A stretch of 64,000 nt of DNA, from the IMG/VR virus record IMGVR_UViG_3300037507_001084; one strand, 5' to 3'. The position numbers were made by a program, and so were the translations under genes. The notes beneath the pieces were generated by a model. The model made no database searches and was not told the DNA's origin. It worked only from the letters and a program-made list of their open reading frames with translations. Below are positions 63,945 to 64,000 of this stretch, piece by piece; the first letter of the stretch is position 1, and each line of letters opens with the position of its first letter. The DNA comes from an uncultured virus (IMG/VR IMGVR_UViG_3300037507_001084) (taxonomy: Duplodnaviria; Heunggongvirae; Uroviricota; Caudoviricetes).

Positions 63945-64000
63945 ATGACTTACGATACAGTTTTTATTTCTGATGTTCATTTGGGCACCAATAGGTGTAA
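63945..64000 (+). CDS. metallophosphoesterase (LpxH-like), 3'-truncated by the window
   Basis: MTYDTVFISDVHLG motif. Confidence 0.6.
   Translation, partial: MTYDTVFISDVHLGTNRC

Overview
A 64-kb segment of a T4-like cyanobacterial myophage (Kyanoviridae type; a freshwater Synechococcus/Cyanobium-type host is inferred, not proven). Order: DNA packaging and head/tail morphogenesis (gp17-gp23, gp3); recombination, late transcription and replication (uvsY, uvsW, gp55, gp47/46, vWA + CobS-like AAA+, gp45/44/62, dam, regA, hsp20, gp43, uvsX, gp41, mazG); accessory late genes; primase and nrdAB; a lysis region; an ~8-kb array of 23 tRNA genes (all amino acids except Cys) interleaved with small ORFs and several structured non-coding elements; a glutamine-riboswitch/DUF4278 unit; hli genes; an inverted fibre + subtilase cassette; and psbA. 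The strongest unannotated signal is a complete -1 programmed ribosomal frameshift cassette at 44617-44699 (internal SD-like GGGGAG, A_AAA_AAG, 5-nt spacer, 14-bp stem) that would fuse a C39-like peptidase to a lysozyme. Next are a duplicated 96-nt tRNA-linked RNA whose copies covary, a tRNA-like RNA with two T-arms, and a long-variable-arm tRNA-Ile(UAU). All calls come from reading the sequence and recalled family motifs. No searches or folding programs were run.
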